Positions 28,515 to 39,137 of a DNA stretch of 64,000 nt are shown one piece after another (the first letter of the stretch is position 1; every line of letters begins with the position of its first letter). The notes under the pieces are model-generated. The model was not told the origin of the DNA, did not search any database, and saw only the letters and a list, made by a program, of their open reading frames with translations. This DNA is from Bacillota bacterium. Lineage in GTDB: Bacteria; Bacillota; Bacilli; Bacillales; Cytobacillaceae. The position numbers were made by a program, and so were the translations under genes. Location of the stretch: NCBI GenBank assembly GCA_030705955.1, contig JAUZPL010000012.1:6833-70832 (forward strand), written 5' to 3'.

Positions 28515-28594
28515 TTTTCTCATGTTTGTAATGGATTGACAGGGTTCGGGCAAAATAAATAGAACCATGATTTGTGGTAGAAAGGTGATAAAAT

Positions 28595-29422
28595 ATGAGC
28601 ATTTGGTTTACGGAGAAACAAACTAAAAACTTTGGAATTACCATGAAAGTGAACCAAACTTTACATACAGAGCAAACAGAGTTTCAAAAGCTTGATATGA
28701 TTGAGACTGAAGAATGGGGCAACATGCTTTTATTAGATGACATGGTCATGACTTCTATTAAAGATGAATTTGTCTATCATGAAATGGTTGCGCATATTCC
28801 TTTATTTACTCACCCAAATCCAGAAACTATTTTGGTAGTGGGCGGCGGTGACGGCGGCGTCATACGTGAAGTGCTTAAGCATCCAAGTGTGAAAAAGGCC
28901 ACCCTTGTAGATATTGACGGAAAGGTTATTGAGTATTCGAAAAAGTACTTACCTGAAATCGCCGGCAAATTAGACGATCCTCGTGTGGATGTAAAGGTTG
29001 GCGATGGATTCATGCATATTGCTGAAAGCGAAAATGAATATGATGTGATCATGGTCGATTCCACAGAACCAGTTGGCCCAGCAGTTAATCTATTTACAAA
29101 AGGCTTCTATGCAGGTATTTCAAAGGCGCTAAAGGAAGATGGGATTTTTGTGGCCCAATCGGACAACCCATGGTTTAAGGCAGATTTAATCCGTAAAGTT
29201 CAAAAAGACGTAAAGGAAATCTTCCCAATCACGCGATTGTATACAGCTAATATCCCAACCTATCCAAGCGGGTTATGGGCATTTACGTTAGGGTCGAAAA
29301 AATACGATCCATTACAGGTAAGTGACGACCGTTTCCACGAAATTGAAACAAAATACTATACAAAAGAACTTCATAAAGCTGCTTTTGTATGTCCAAAATT
29401 CGTTAGTGATTTAACGAAGTAA
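28595..29422 (+). CDS. speE: Spermidine synthase
   Basis: 275 aa with [11 protein letters not shown] motif. Confidence 0.9.
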   Translation: MSIWFTEKQTKNFGITMKVNQTLHTEQTEFQKLDMIETEEWGNMLLLDDMVMTSIKDEFVYHEMVAHIPLFTHPNPETILVVGGGDGGVIREVLKHPSVKKATLVDIDGKVIEYSKKYLPEIAGKLDDPRVDVKVGDGFMHIAESENEYDVIMVDSTEPVGPAVNLFTKGFYAGISKALKEDGIFVAQSDNPWFKADLIRKVQKDVKEIFPITRLYTANIPTYPSGLWAFTLGSKKYDPLQVSDDRFHEIETKYYTKELHKAAFVCPKFVSDLTK

Positions 29423-29471
29423 AGCATTAGTGCGGTAGGGGTCAGGCCCCACGAGAAAGTGAGGGAAGAAA

Positions 29472-30344
29472 ATGCGTTTTGACGAATCTTATTCTGGAAA
29501 CGTTTTTATTAAAAGTCATCCTAATTTTGAAGAGAGTACGGCTGTTTTATATGGTATGCCAATGGACTGGACCGTTAGTTTTCGACCAGGATCCCGTTTT
29601 GGTCCAACTAGAATACGTGAAGTATCCGTCGGTCTTGAGGAGTATAGCCCGTATTTAGACAGGGAATTAGAGGATGTTAAATATTTTGACGCAGGTGATA
29701 TCCCACTTCCATTTGGGAACGCCCAAAAGAGTCTTGACCTAATCGAAGAATTTGTAGACAAGATCCTAGCAGCAGGAAAGTTTCCGTTTGGGTTGGGTGG
29801 CGAGCATCTTGTTTCCTGGCCAGTCATGAAGGCTGTTTTTAAAAAATACCCAGATTTGGCCATTATTCATATGGATGCCCATACAGACCTTCGTGAGCAA
29901 TATGAAGGGGAGGCGTTATCTCATTCCACCCCAATTCGCAAAATTGCAGAACACATTGGACCACAAAATGTTTTTTCTTTTGGGATTCGTTCTGGTATGA
30001 AGGAAGAATTTGACTGGGCAAAACAGGTTGGCATGCATATTTCAAAATTTGAAGTTCATCAGCCGTTAATGGAAATTTTGCCCAAACTTGCCGGTCGTCC
30101 TGTTTATGTGACAATTGATATTGATGTCCTTGATCCAGCACATGCACCTGGAACAGGTACAGTGGATTGTGGCGGTATTACCACGAGAGAGTTGCTGGCA
30201 TCCATTCACGAAATTGCTAAGTCAGATGTTAAAGTAGTTGGTGCTGATCTAGTGGAGGTTGCTCCTATTTATGACCCATCTGAACAAACAGCCAATACAG
30301 CAAGCAAGCTGATTCGCGAAATGATTCTTGGTTGGATAAAATAA
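29472..30344 (+). CDS. speB: Agmatinase
   Basis: 290 aa, ureohydrolase motifs HMDAHTD, DIDVLDP, GGIT. Confidence 0.9.
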   Translation: MRFDESYSGNVFIKSHPNFEESTAVLYGMPMDWTVSFRPGSRFGPTRIREVSVGLEEYSPYLDRELEDVKYFDAGDIPLPFGNAQKSLDLIEEFVDKILAAGKFPFGLGGEHLVSWPVMKAVFKKYPDLAIIHMDAHTDLREQYEGEALSHSTPIRKIAEHIGPQNVFSFGIRSGMKEEFDWAKQVGMHISKFEVHQPLMEILPKLAGRPVYVTIDIDVLDPAHAPGTGTVDCGGITTRELLASIHEIAKSDVKVVGADLVEVAPIYDPSEQTANTASKLIREMILGWIK

Positions 30345-30350
30345 ATGAGT

Positions 30351-30382
30351 GCCTGTCCTAACTTAAAGGGCAGGCTTCTTTT
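30351..30382 (+). terminator. speB terminator
   Basis: GCCTGTCC-N9-GGGCAGGC followed by TTCTTTT. Confidence 0.7.
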
Positions 30383-30408
30383 GAATTGTTAGATAAATAC
30401 GGTATAAT
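30381..30408 (+). promoter_or_regulatory. Putative sigma-A promoter of ywiB-argS
   Basis: TTGAAT-16 nt-TATAAT. Confidence 0.5.
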
Positions 30409-30429
30409 AAAGGGCAAAAGGAGTACAAC

Positions 30430-30894
30430 ATGTCCGTAAAAATAAAAGTGAAAACGTCTATTTTTCAGGAAACTGGTGAAGAAATAATAGAATTAACAGC
30501 ATGTGGCCATTTCTATCAAAAAGGGCAAGCTTGTTTCTTGCAGTATGATGAGGAAGCGGAAGTTGGGCGTATTCGAACTATTTTGAAGTGGGCTGGAGAA
30601 GAAGTGTCCATTTTACGAAGTGGTGCGGTAAAGATGCGAATGCCTCTAGTGCTGAATAGAGAGATAAAAGGCAGTTATGAGTTGCCCTTCGGTAAATTAG
30701 AAACGGCATCTACAATGAAAGAAATCAGCCATTCCTACAACGCTGAAAATGGCGAAGGCTACATAGACTTACTTTATGATTTTTCCATGCAAGGGACCCA
30801 TGCAGGTACATACCATTTAGAAATCTCGTTTCAGGAGGAAGATAGCAATGAACATAGCGGAGCAAGTTCAAAGCAAATTAAAACAGGAAATTAA
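30430..30894 (+). CDS. ywiB: DUF1934 protein (YwiB-like)
   Basis: 154 aa, immediately upstream of and overlapping argS, as in Bacillus. Confidence 0.7.
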   Translation: MSVKIKVKTSIFQETGEEIIELTACGHFYQKGQACFLQYDEEAEVGRIRTILKWAGEEVSILRSGAVKMRMPLVLNREIKGSYELPFGKLETASTMKEISHSYNAENGEGYIDLLYDFSMQGTHAGTYHLEISFQEEDSNEHSGASSKQIKTGN

Positions 30895-32518
30895 GGCAGC
30901 AGTAGTAAAGGCGAATTTGGCTGCAGAGGATCAGATACCAGATGTAATTTTGGAAGTTCCGAAAGAAAAGACACATGGAGATTATTCCACCAATATGGCC
31001 ATGCAGCTAGCGCGAGTTGCTAAGAAGGCCCCAAGGATGATTGCGGAGGAGCTTATTAGTCATTTCGATCATTCAAAAGCTTCAATTGATAAAATTGAAC
31101 TTGCTGGACCTGGGTTTATTAATTTTTACATGAATAACAGCTATTTAACTGACCTCATTCCAACCATCATGGAAGCTGGAAAAACATACGGAGAGTCCAA
31201 TGTTGGCAATCATCAAAAGATTCAAGTTGAGTTTGTATCAGCTAACCCAACAGGAGACCTTCACCTTGGACATGCCCGTGGTGCAGCTGTAGGAGATTCA
31301 CTTTGCAATGTGTTAGCAAAAGCCGGATATGATGTTTCCCGTGAATATTATATCAATGACGCCGGTAATCAAATTAATAATTTAGCTCTTTCTGTTGAGG
31401 CACGTTATTTTCAAGCGCTTGGAATGGATAAAGAAATGCCTGAAGATGGCTATCATGGAGCAGATATTATCGAAATTGGAAAAGGCTTAGCAGCAGAGTA
31501 CGGTGATAAATATGTAAATATCGATGAAACAGAACGGTTTAACTTTTTCCGTGAATATGGTTTGAAAATTGAAATGGCGAAGCTAAAACAAGATTTGGAA
31601 GATTTCCGTGTTGGGTTTGATGTCTGGTTTTCCGAAACATCCCTTTATCAAAATGGAAAAATTGATAATGCACTAGATGCACTTCGCAAGGCAGGATATA
31701 TATACGAGGAAGAAGGAGCAACCTGGCTTCGTTCCACTGATTTCGGTGATGACAAAAATCGGGTGTTAATAAAAAATGATGGCTCTTATACGTATTTGAC
31801 ACCAGATATTGCTTATCATAAAGACAAACTTGACCGGGGATTTGAAAAATTAATTAATATATGGGGCGCAGACCATCATGGCTACATTCCAAGGATGAAA
31901 GCTGCTATCCAAGCATTAGGTTATGACCGCGATGCCCTTGAGGTGGAAATTATCCAGCTCGTACACCTTTATAAAAACGGGGAAAAGATGAAGATGAGCA
32001 AACGGACAGGAAAGGCTGTTACGATGCGTGATCTTGTTGAAGAAGTGGGTCTTGATGCTGTACGGTATTTCTTTGCCATGAGAAGCTCAGATACACATAT
32101 GGATTTTGATTTAGATTTAGCTGTTTCTGAGTCAAATGAAAACCCTGTATTTTATGCTCAATATGCGCACGCAAGAATTTGTAGTATTTTACGACAAGGT
32201 GAAGAACAAGGAATCCAAGCAGAAACAAATGCTGACTTTTCAATGATTCAAGCTGAAAAGGAAATAGATTTATTGAAAAAGCTTGGCGAGTTTCCACAAG
32301 CAGTTGGAGAGGCTGCTTTAAAGAGGGTACCACACCGTGTTACCAACTATATTTTTGAACTAGCCTCTACCTTTCATAGCTTTTATAATGCTGAAAAGGT
32401 TTTGGACAGTGAGAATTTAGAACGGACAAAGGCACGTCTAGCATTAATCAAAGCTGTGCAAATTACATTAAAAAATGCGCTTGCCTTAATTGGAGTATCT
32501 GCACCGGAAAAAATGTAA
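30848..32518 (+). CDS. argS: Arginine--tRNA ligase
   Basis: 556 aa with HIGH-type [12 protein letters not shown] and MSKRTGK motifs. Confidence 0.95.
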   Translation: MNIAEQVQSKLKQEIKAAVVKANLAAEDQIPDVILEVPKEKTHGDYSTNMAMQLARVAKKAPRMIAEELISHFDHSKASIDKIELAGPGFINFYMNNSYLTDLIPTIMEAGKTYGESNVGNHQKIQVEFVSANPTGDLHLGHARGAAVGDSLCNVLAKAGYDVSREYYINDAGNQINNLALSVEARYFQALGMDKEMPEDGYHGADIIEIGKGLAAEYGDKYVNIDETERFNFFREYGLKIEMAKLKQDLEDFRVGFDVWFSETSLYQNGKIDNALDALRKAGYIYEEEGATWLRSTDFGDDKNRVLIKNDGSYTYLTPDIAYHKDKLDRGFEKLINIWGADHHGYIPRMKAAIQALGYDRDALEVEIIQLVHLYKNGEKMKMSKRTGKAVTMRDLVEEVGLDAVRYFFAMRSSDTHMDFDLDLAVSESNENPVFYAQYAHARICSILRQGEEQGIQAETNADFSMIQAEKEIDLLKKLGEFPQAVGEAALKRVPHRVTNYIFELASTFHSFYNAEKVLDSENLERTKARLALIKAVQITLKNALALIGVSAPEKM

Positions 32519-32528
32519 AACACCCATT

Positions 32529-32567
32529 AGCAGTCTAATTCATCACATGTATTAGGCTGCTTCTTTT
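32529..32567 (+). terminator. argS terminator
   Basis: AGCAGTCTAAT-N11-ATTAGGCTGCT followed by TCTTTT. Confidence 0.75.
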
Positions 32568-32681
32568 ATGGAGTTTAACCGTAATTGAGTATAAAAAAAC
32601 TGGTCAAACCCTTTCATTTCCACTATACTGTCAAAAGGAATTATAATAGATTAAAATAATTTTAAATAGGAGAACTAATAC

Positions 32682-34187
32682 ATGCAAAAAGAAACAAACC
32701 GAAAAATGGCAACAGTCGCGATGCTTGTGGCTACCTTCCTAGTTGCGATTGATGTGACAGTTGTTAGTACGGCTATGCCACGAATCGTCGGCGATTTAAG
32801 TGGCTTAAAACTCATTAGTTGGGTATTTGCGATCTATACCCTAACAACGTCTGTAACTACTCCTATATATGGAAAGCTTGCAGATTTATATGGACGAAAA
32901 GTGATCTTCATCATTGGGGTAATTTTATTTGTAGTCGGTTCCATGTTATCAGGTGCTGCCCATACGATGCCGCAGCTTATTTGGTTTAGAGCGTTTCAAG
33001 GAATTGGAGCAGGTGCTGTAATGCCAGTTACCTTTACTATTATTGGAGACCTCTATCCAGGTGAACAACGGGCTAAAATGTCAGGAATTTTTAGCTCCAT
33101 TTGGGGAGTTGCAGGACTTTTAGGGCCGCTTGTTGGAGGATTTTTTGTTGACCAAGTATCCTGGCGTTGGATTTTTTACATTAACCTTCCTGTAGGTTTA
33201 CTTTCATTAGTATTAATCACTGTTTTCTTCCACGAAACTTTAGGAGAAAAAAAATCACACAAAATCGATTACCTTGGTGCAATTTCCTTTATAATCGGAA
33301 TTTCTTCCCTTCTTTATGCACTTCTTAACGGTGGTCCGGGTCAAAAATTCGCCTGGAACTCAGGACCGATGGTTGGATTATTTGCACTAGCGATTATCTT
33401 CATCATTCTATTTATGTTCCTTGAAACTCGTGTGAAGGAGCCGATGCTGCCTCCAACACTTTTTAAGATCCCTGCAATTTTAGTTTCGAATCTCATTGGC
33501 TTCTTGGCATCAGGGGTTTTAATTGGCGTGAACGTATACTTGCCAATGTGGATTCAAACGATTCTTGGTCATAGTGCGACAAGTTCTGGTTTAACACTTA
33601 TGCCATTGTCAATTGCCTGGCCAATTGGTTCCACATTTGCAGGACGTTATATGTATAAAATTGGTTCTAAGTTCACAGCTATAATTGGCGCTATTCTCGT
33701 AGCATTAGGCTCCACTTGGCTTTTAGCCTTAAGCTTACAATCTCCATATTGGTACTTTGTAGGACTTATGGTTGTAATTGGACTTGGAATGGGTTATTCC
33801 ATGACACCTACAACTGTCCTTGTTCAATCTGCAGTTGGCTGGCAAATGCGTGGAGCGGCAACCGCATCAAATTCATTTATGCGCTCCATCGGCCAAACAG
33901 TTGGGGTTGCTGTTTTTGGGACTATTTTTAACAATGCAATCATTAATTATGGAACCAAATTAGGTGGAGGGAATTCCAAAGGAGGAAACTTCAGTAACTT
34001 GATTGGCTCCGGGAACCTTAGTAAACTCCCAGCTCCCATACTAAAGATGATTAGAGAAACATTAGCACATGCCCTCCATGAAATATTCATTCTAGCATTT
34101 ATTCTCGGGCTTGCTGTTTTAGTCGTAACCCTGTTCTTACCTTCACACTCAAAAGTATTAGAGCAACAAAAAAACGTCCAACATTAA
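32682..34187 (+). CDS. MFS transporter, 14-TMS drug:H+ antiporter (DHA2/EmrB-QacA) type
   Basis: 501 aa with GKLADLYGRK motif A and many TM segments. Confidence 0.8.
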   Translation: MQKETNRKMATVAMLVATFLVAIDVTVVSTAMPRIVGDLSGLKLISWVFAIYTLTTSVTTPIYGKLADLYGRKVIFIIGVILFVVGSMLSGAAHTMPQLIWFRAFQGIGAGAVMPVTFTIIGDLYPGEQRAKMSGIFSSIWGVAGLLGPLVGGFFVDQVSWRWIFYINLPVGLLSLVLITVFFHETLGEKKSHKIDYLGAISFIIGISSLLYALLNGGPGQKFAWNSGPMVGLFALAIIFIILFMFLETRVKEPMLPPTLFKIPAILVSNLIGFLASGVLIGVNVYLPMWIQTILGHSATSSGLTLMPLSIAWPIGSTFAGRYMYKIGSKFTAIIGAILVALGSTWLLALSLQSPYWYFVGLMVVIGLGMGYSMTPTTVLVQSAVGWQMRGAATASNSFMRSIGQTVGVAVFGTIFNNAIINYGTKLGGGNSKGGNFSNLIGSGNLSKLPAPILKMIRETLAHALHEIFILAFILGLAVLVVTLFLPSHSKVLEQQKNVQH

Positions 34188-34192
34188 AAAAT

Positions 34193-34235
34193 GAAAAAGA
34201 CCTTAAGGCCATTTTATAGCCTTAAGGTCTTTTTA
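34193..34235. terminator. Bidirectional terminator between the MFS gene and cls
   Basis: AGACCTTAAGGC-N9-GCCTTAAGGTCT flanked by an A-run and a T-run. Confidence 0.8.
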
Positions 34236-34247
34236 GATATTTAATCA

Positions 34248-35480
34248 TTATAGAAAAGACGACAGGAGACCACCAATACCTTCTTTAATGGAACGAATCG
34301 GATTCAGTTTGTTTAAAGTTTGTAGTGTTAAAGGCTCTGAATCTTGAATATCCTTTTGAATAATCTTCTTTAGCCTTTTGGTGAACTCTGGATCATAAAT
34401 ATAGCAATTAATTTCTTTATTGATAAACAAGCTTCTTTTATCAAAATTGGCAGTCCCAATGTCACAAAGCTGATCATCAATAATCATGGTTTTGGCATGG
34501 TAGAATCCATTCTTAAACTGAAATACCTCTACACCGGCTTTTAAAAGCTTACGTAAATAAGGGTAAGATGCTTCCTGAACGAGAATATGGTCCGCAGTGT
34601 AAGGAGCAATTAGGTTCACGTTTACTCCCCTATGAACAGCATCCACTAAACAATGAAGAATTTTTTGACTAGGAATAAAATAAGGAGTTCCAATGGTTAT
34701 GGAGCTTTTAGCCTCTTGAATAATCTTTATATACGAATCTTCAAGAAAACAACCCTCAGTAGGAAAAAATTTGTGCTTTATAGAACCCTTCATTGGCTGG
34801 ATGGGGTAATAGGAAGAAGTGTCCGACAAATTCTCGCCAGCGTATTCCAGCCAGTCATGAAAAAACTGCTTTTGTAGAAATAGTACAGATTCCCCGGTGA
34901 TTTTTAGATGGTAGTCACGCCATGGACTTAGCTTTGGATCCATATCAATATACTCTTTCCCGATATTAAAGCCTCCAAGATAGCCAATCGTTCCATCTAT
35001 AATGGAAATTTTCCGGTGATTACGTACCTGGGAGGAATAAAAGAAAAAAGGAAACTTGATGCGGTTGCTAAAGGCAAATAATACACCCGCTTCTCTCAAG
35101 TCCTTTATGGTTTTGTGTTTAACTTTATAGCTGCCAAGACGGTCAAGAAGGAGGCGGACCTCAACACCCTCCTGTGCCTTTTCTTTTAACAGTGTAACAA
35201 ATTCATGGCTAACGGCATCATCTTTTAAAATATAAAATAATACGTGAATATGCTTTTTAGCCCTTTTCAATTCCTGAAAATAGTCGGCAAACAGTTCCTT
35301 TCCATGTGGAAAAATATCAAAATTTCCATATAGAAGAGGGGACTCCTCATTTTTCAAGGATGCACGATGCTTTTTTCTCCCCAAATAAAAGTCTACATTT
35401 AGCCAAATAAAAATCAGCAATAAAATGAAAATCAAATTCACTGAATCCTCTCCTATAAGTATTTCTATTAGGTTTTCCAA
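34248..35480 (-). CDS. cls: Cardiolipin synthase (phospholipase D family)
   Basis: Two HKD motifs (HRKISIIDG, HAKTMIIDD) and an N-terminal TM helix. Confidence 0.85.
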   Translation of the reverse strand: MENLIEILIGEDSVNLIFILLLIFIWLNVDFYLGRKKHRASLKNEESPLLYGNFDIFPHGKELFADYFQELKRAKKHIHVLFYILKDDAVSHEFVTLLKEKAQEGVEVRLLLDRLGSYKVKHKTIKDLREAGVLFAFSNRIKFPFFFYSSQVRNHRKISIIDGTIGYLGGFNIGKEYIDMDPKLSPWRDYHLKITGESVLFLQKQFFHDWLEYAGENLSDTSSYYPIQPMKGSIKHKFFPTEGCFLEDSYIKIIQEAKSSITIGTPYFIPSQKILHCLVDAVHRGVNVNLIAPYTADHILVQEASYPYLRKLLKAGVEVFQFKNGFYHAKTMIIDDQLCDIGTANFDKRSLFINKEINCYIYDPEFTKRLKKIIQKDIQDSEPLTLQTLNKLNPIRSIKEGIGGLLSSFL

Positions 35481-35516
35481 AATGGATAATTCCTATTAGA
35501 CATTCCAATAAAACTG

Positions 35517-35544
35517 TTGACTGAATGCTCATTCATTATATAAT
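35517..35544 (+). promoter_or_regulatory. Near-consensus sigma-A promoter of the fadF-like gene, overlapped by a 14-bp palindromic operator
   Basis: TTGACT-16 nt-TATAAT. The perfect inverted repeat TGAATG-CT-CATTCA (35522..35535) sits in the spacer. Confidence 0.6.
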
Positions 35545-35609
35545 AGAATCATATAAGGGTTCAGAAAATTTAGTTGTTTTGAAATCTTCTTTTAAAAACA
35601 CAAGGGGGA

Positions 35610-37721
35610 ATGTGTGTGAATTGGCTGTTATGGATAAACTTGATTGCATTTCTATTTGTAACCGCTTACGGAATTAGCCTTTTCGTTTATGTGGTCAAAA
35701 CAAGAATAGAGTATATCAAATTAGGGAAGAAAGCTGAGTTTGATAATGATGTAAAGAAAAGGCTGAGAAAAATTTGGATTAATGTTTTTGGACAAAAGAA
35801 ACTTTTAAAGGATAAAAAAAGTGGTACGATCCACGTCATGTTTTTTTACGGATTTCTCCTAGTCCAATTTGGGGCAATTGATTTTATTTGGAAAGGCTTG
35901 AGGCCAGGGTCACATATCCCATTAGGGCCGCTTTATCCTGCATTTACTTTTTTTCAGGAAATTGTCGCACTCGTTATTTTAGTGGCTGTTATATGGGCAT
36001 TTTATCGCAGGTATATTGAAAAGCTAGTCCGTTTAAAACGTAGCTTTAAATCAGGTCTTGTTCTCTTGTTTATTGGGGGGTTGATGATTTCAGTTTTGGT
36101 AGGAAACGGAATGGGACTTATTTGGCATGGTGAGGACCCAACCTGGTCAGAGCCTGTCGCGTCTCTCATTTCCATTATTCTTGCTTGGGTGGGAAAAACG
36201 GCATCAATTGCTATATTCTATGTAGCTTGGTGGATTCATTTATTATTCTTGCTTTCTTTTTTAGTGTATGTTCCTCAATCAAAGCATGCACACTTACTAG
36301 CTGGTCCAGCCAATGTTTATTTAAATCGTTTGGAACCTCCAGGTAAACTGAAAAAAATAAATTTTGAAGACGAATCACAAGAATCCTTTGGTGCAGGAAA
36401 AATTACCGATTTTACCGATTTGCAGCTTCTTGATTTATATGCATGTGTAGAATGCGGCCGTTGTACAAATGTTTGTCCGGCAACTGGAACTGGAAAAATG
36501 CTCTCACCAATGGATTTAATCGTAAAAATGCGTGACCACTTAACCAATTACGGAGCGTCTGTCACGTCCAAACAACCATGGGTTCCTACGTATGCTTTTA
36601 GCCATACAAAAGGAAATCAGCTAGCACTTGCTTCTGCCGGCTTTGGTGTAGATGAGGCAGCAGCAGCTTCCGCCTATAGTCCAAGTTTAATTGGTGATGT
36701 CATCACCGAAGAAGAGATTTGGGCCTGTACTACCTGTCGTAATTGTGAAGACCAGTGTCCGGTTATGAATGAACATGTAGAAAAAATTATTGATTTACGA
36801 CGGTATCTTGTTTTAACAGAAGGAAAAATGAAGCCAGATGCACAAAGAGCCATGCAAAATATTGAACGCCAAGGAAACCCATGGGGTCTTAACAAAAAGG
36901 CTCGTGAAGATTGGCGGAACATTCGTGAAGATGTGGTTGTGCCGACAGTGAAGGAAATGAGTAAAGCCGGAGAAGAATTTGAATACCTTTTCTGGGTTGG
37001 ATCCATGGGTTCTTATGACAATAGGAGCCAAAAGATTGCCCTTTCCTTTGCAAAGCTGTTAAACGAAGCGGGTGTGAAGTTTGCCATTCTGGGTAACAAA
37101 GAAAGAAATTCAGGGGATACTGCACGCCGTCTTGGAAATGAGTTCCTTTTCCAAGAGCTAGCCACAGCAAATATTGAGGAAATGGAAAAAAACAATGTCA
37201 AGAAAATTGTAACCATTGATCCTCATGCCTTTAATACATTTAAAAATGAGTACCCAGATTTTGGATTAAGGGCTGAGGTATACCATCATACGCAAATACT
37301 TGCAAAGCTAGTGAATGAGGGAAGACTTGTTCCAAAGTATGAGGTCAATGAAGTCATTACTTATCATGATTCCTGTTATTTAGGACGCTATAACGATGTA
37401 TATGATCAGCCAAGGGATGTACTAAAGGCAATTCCAGGAGTACAGCTCGTGGAAATGGAGCGAAGCCGAGAAAATGCGATGTGCTGTGGAGCCGGCGGGG
37501 GATTAATGTGGACAGAAGAAAACACAGGCCAACGTGTGAATGTAGCAAGAACGGAGCAAGCACTTGAGGTCAATCCAACTATCATTAGTTCCGCGTGTCC
37601 ATACTGCTTAACCATGTTATCAGACGGAGCAAAAGCAAAAGAAGTAGAAGAAAAGGTACACACCTATGACATTGCTGAGATCTTAGAAAAATCTATTTTT
37701 GGTGATGCAGCCGCATCATAA
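35610..37721 (+). CDS. fadF: Membrane-anchored Fe-S oxidoreductase (FadF/YwjF-like; N-terminal haem-b-type membrane domain, two 4Fe-4S motifs and CCG domains)
   Basis: CVECGRCTNVCP and CTTCRNCEDQCP ferredoxin motifs, C-terminal CCG-type Cys motifs, about 5 N-terminal TM helices. The true start may be GTG 35616. Confidence 0.75.
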   Translation: MCVNWLLWINLIAFLFVTAYGISLFVYVVKTRIEYIKLGKKAEFDNDVKKRLRKIWINVFGQKKLLKDKKSGTIHVMFFYGFLLVQFGAIDFIWKGLRPGSHIPLGPLYPAFTFFQEIVALVILVAVIWAFYRRYIEKLVRLKRSFKSGLVLLFIGGLMISVLVGNGMGLIWHGEDPTWSEPVASLISIILAWVGKTASIAIFYVAWWIHLLFLLSFLVYVPQSKHAHLLAGPANVYLNRLEPPGKLKKINFEDESQESFGAGKITDFTDLQLLDLYACVECGRCTNVCPATGTGKMLSPMDLIVKMRDHLTNYGASVTSKQPWVPTYAFSHTKGNQLALASAGFGVDEAAAASAYSPSLIGDVITEEEIWACTTCRNCEDQCPVMNEHVEKIIDLRRYLVLTEGKMKPDAQRAMQNIERQGNPWGLNKKAREDWRNIREDVVVPTVKEMSKAGEEFEYLFWVGSMGSYDNRSQKIALSFAKLLNEAGVKFAILGNKERNSGDTARRLGNEFLFQELATANIEEMEKNNVKKIVTIDPHAFNTFKNEYPDFGLRAEVYHHTQILAKLVNEGRLVPKYEVNEVITYHDSCYLGRYNDVYDQPRDVLKAIPGVQLVEMERSRENAMCCGAGGGLMWTEENTGQRVNVARTEQALEVNPTIISSACPYCLTMLSDGAKAKEVEEKVHTYDIAEILEKSIFGDAAAS

Positions 37722-37750
37722 ATTTACTTAGTAAGACTTTAACCTACGGT

Positions 37751-37820
37751 AGAAGTTGGATTTATAATTCATAAAATCTTAAGAATTTTGTGTAAAATAA
37801 TTCAACTTCTGCCCTTTTTT
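37751..37820 (+). terminator. Long imperfect hairpin plus T-run after fadF
   Basis: AGAAGTTG...CAACTTCT arms enclosing an AT-rich inner stem, followed by GCCCTTTTTT. Confidence 0.45.
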
Positions 37821-37871
37821 ATGTAAAATAGGATTAGGTATAAAGCGCTTACATTTTGTTTGGTTGTACAT

Positions 37872-37885
37872 TGAGCGAGCGTTCA
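37872..37885 (+). promoter_or_regulatory. Second operator-like inverted repeat upstream of the thiolase gene
   Basis: TGAGCG-AG-CGTTCA has the same TGAxxG-N2-CxxTCA architecture as 35522..35535. It lies 37 nt before ATG 37922. Confidence 0.4.
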
Positions 37886-37921
37886 GTCGAAAGAAAAATG
37901 GCGAATAAGGGAGAGATTTTT

Positions 37922-39112
37922 ATGGGGAAAACAGTGATTTTAAGTGGTGTAAGAACACCTTTCGGGAAATTAGGGGGAGCATTAAGCAGTTTTACAGCGT
38001 CTGAATTAGGGGGATTCGTTGTAAAGGAGGCTCTAAACAGAGCAAATGTGGAGCCAAAGGACGTTCAGGAAGTCATTCTAGGTACAGTGCTTCAGGGTGG
38101 GCAAGGACAAATTCCATCAAGGCAAGCTGCCAATCATGCTGGATTACCTTGGAATGTTAAAACAGAAACCATCAATAAAGTTTGTGCCTCAGGAATGCGA
38201 AGTGTGACATTAGCAGACCAAATCATCCGCTTGGGAGATGAGGAGGTTATTGTAGCAGGCGGAATGGAGTCAATGAGCAACGCACCATATATACTTCCGA
38301 AAGCACGGTGGGGCCTCAGAATGGGAGATTCCAGTGTAAAGGATTTAATGGTCTATGACGGGCTAACATGTACATTTACTGGTGTTCATATGGGTACTTA
38401 TGGAAACACCACTGCAAATGAATTGGAACTAAGCCGAGTTTCTCAGGATGAATGGGCTTATCGAAGCCATCAAAGGGCTGTTGAAGCGATTGAAACGGGA
38501 AAATTTGCAGAAGAAATTGTTCCAGTTTTGGTACCGCAGCGAAAAGGGAACCCGCTTGTGGTAGATACTGATGAAGCACCTAGAAAGGATACTACATTAG
38601 AAAAACTGGCAAAATTAGCACCGGTTTTTAACTTTGATGGAACCATTACTGCAGGAAATGCTCCTGGTGTCAATGATGGTGCAGCAGCACTTGTATTAAT
38701 GAGCGAGGAACGTGTAATCAAAGAGGGAAGAAACCCTGAAGCCATCATTCTTGCCCATGCGGCTGTTGCAGGAGAGCCAAAGGATTTTCCAAAAACACCG
38801 GGCCTTGTGATAAATGAGCTACTCGAGAAGAGTGGTAAAACACTTGAAGAAATTGATCTATTTGAAATTAACGAAGCCTTTGCAGCGGTCACATTAGCAA
38901 GTGCCAAATTAGCAAATCTTGATCTAGAAAAGGTCAATATAAATGGCGGTGCGGTCGCCCTAGGCCACCCAATTGGAGCAAGTGGTGCCAGAATCATTCT
39001 TACCCTTATGCACGAATTAAAACGCCGCGGCGGGGGAATTGGAATTGCAGCCATTTGCAGCGGCGGCGGCCAAGGAGATGCCATCATGATTGAGGTTCCG
39101 AAAAAAGGATAA
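37922..39112 (+). CDS. Acetyl-CoA C-acetyltransferase (thiolase II, MmgA-like)
   Basis: Start moved to [16 protein letters not shown]. Active-site motifs [30 protein letters not shown]. Confidence 0.9.
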   Translation: MGKTVILSGVRTPFGKLGGALSSFTASELGGFVVKEALNRANVEPKDVQEVILGTVLQGGQGQIPSRQAANHAGLPWNVKTETINKVCASGMRSVTLADQIIRLGDEEVIVAGGMESMSNAPYILPKARWGLRMGDSSVKDLMVYDGLTCTFTGVHMGTYGNTTANELELSRVSQDEWAYRSHQRAVEAIETGKFAEEIVPVLVPQRKGNPLVVDTDEAPRKDTTLEKLAKLAPVFNFDGTITAGNAPGVNDGAAALVLMSEERVIKEGRNPEAIILAHAAVAGEPKDFPKTPGLVINELLEKSGKTLEEIDLFEINEAFAAVTLASAKLANLDLEKVNINGGAVALGHPIGASGARIILTLMHELKRRGGGIGIAAICSGGGQGDAIMIEVPKKG

Positions 39113-39137
39113 TCTTTTAAAAGTGGAGGGGAATGGG

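Noticed and set aside
38470-39087. The 205-aa antisense ORF inside the thiolase gene. Similar antisense ORFs occur at 19337..19711 (pta), 29516..29863 (speB), 39218..39580 (hbd) and 47007..47351 (rpoE tail).
   Set aside because: Each lies fully within a strongly recognisable gene on the other strand. Their compositions are Ser/Ala/Pro-rich mirror images, with no RBS.
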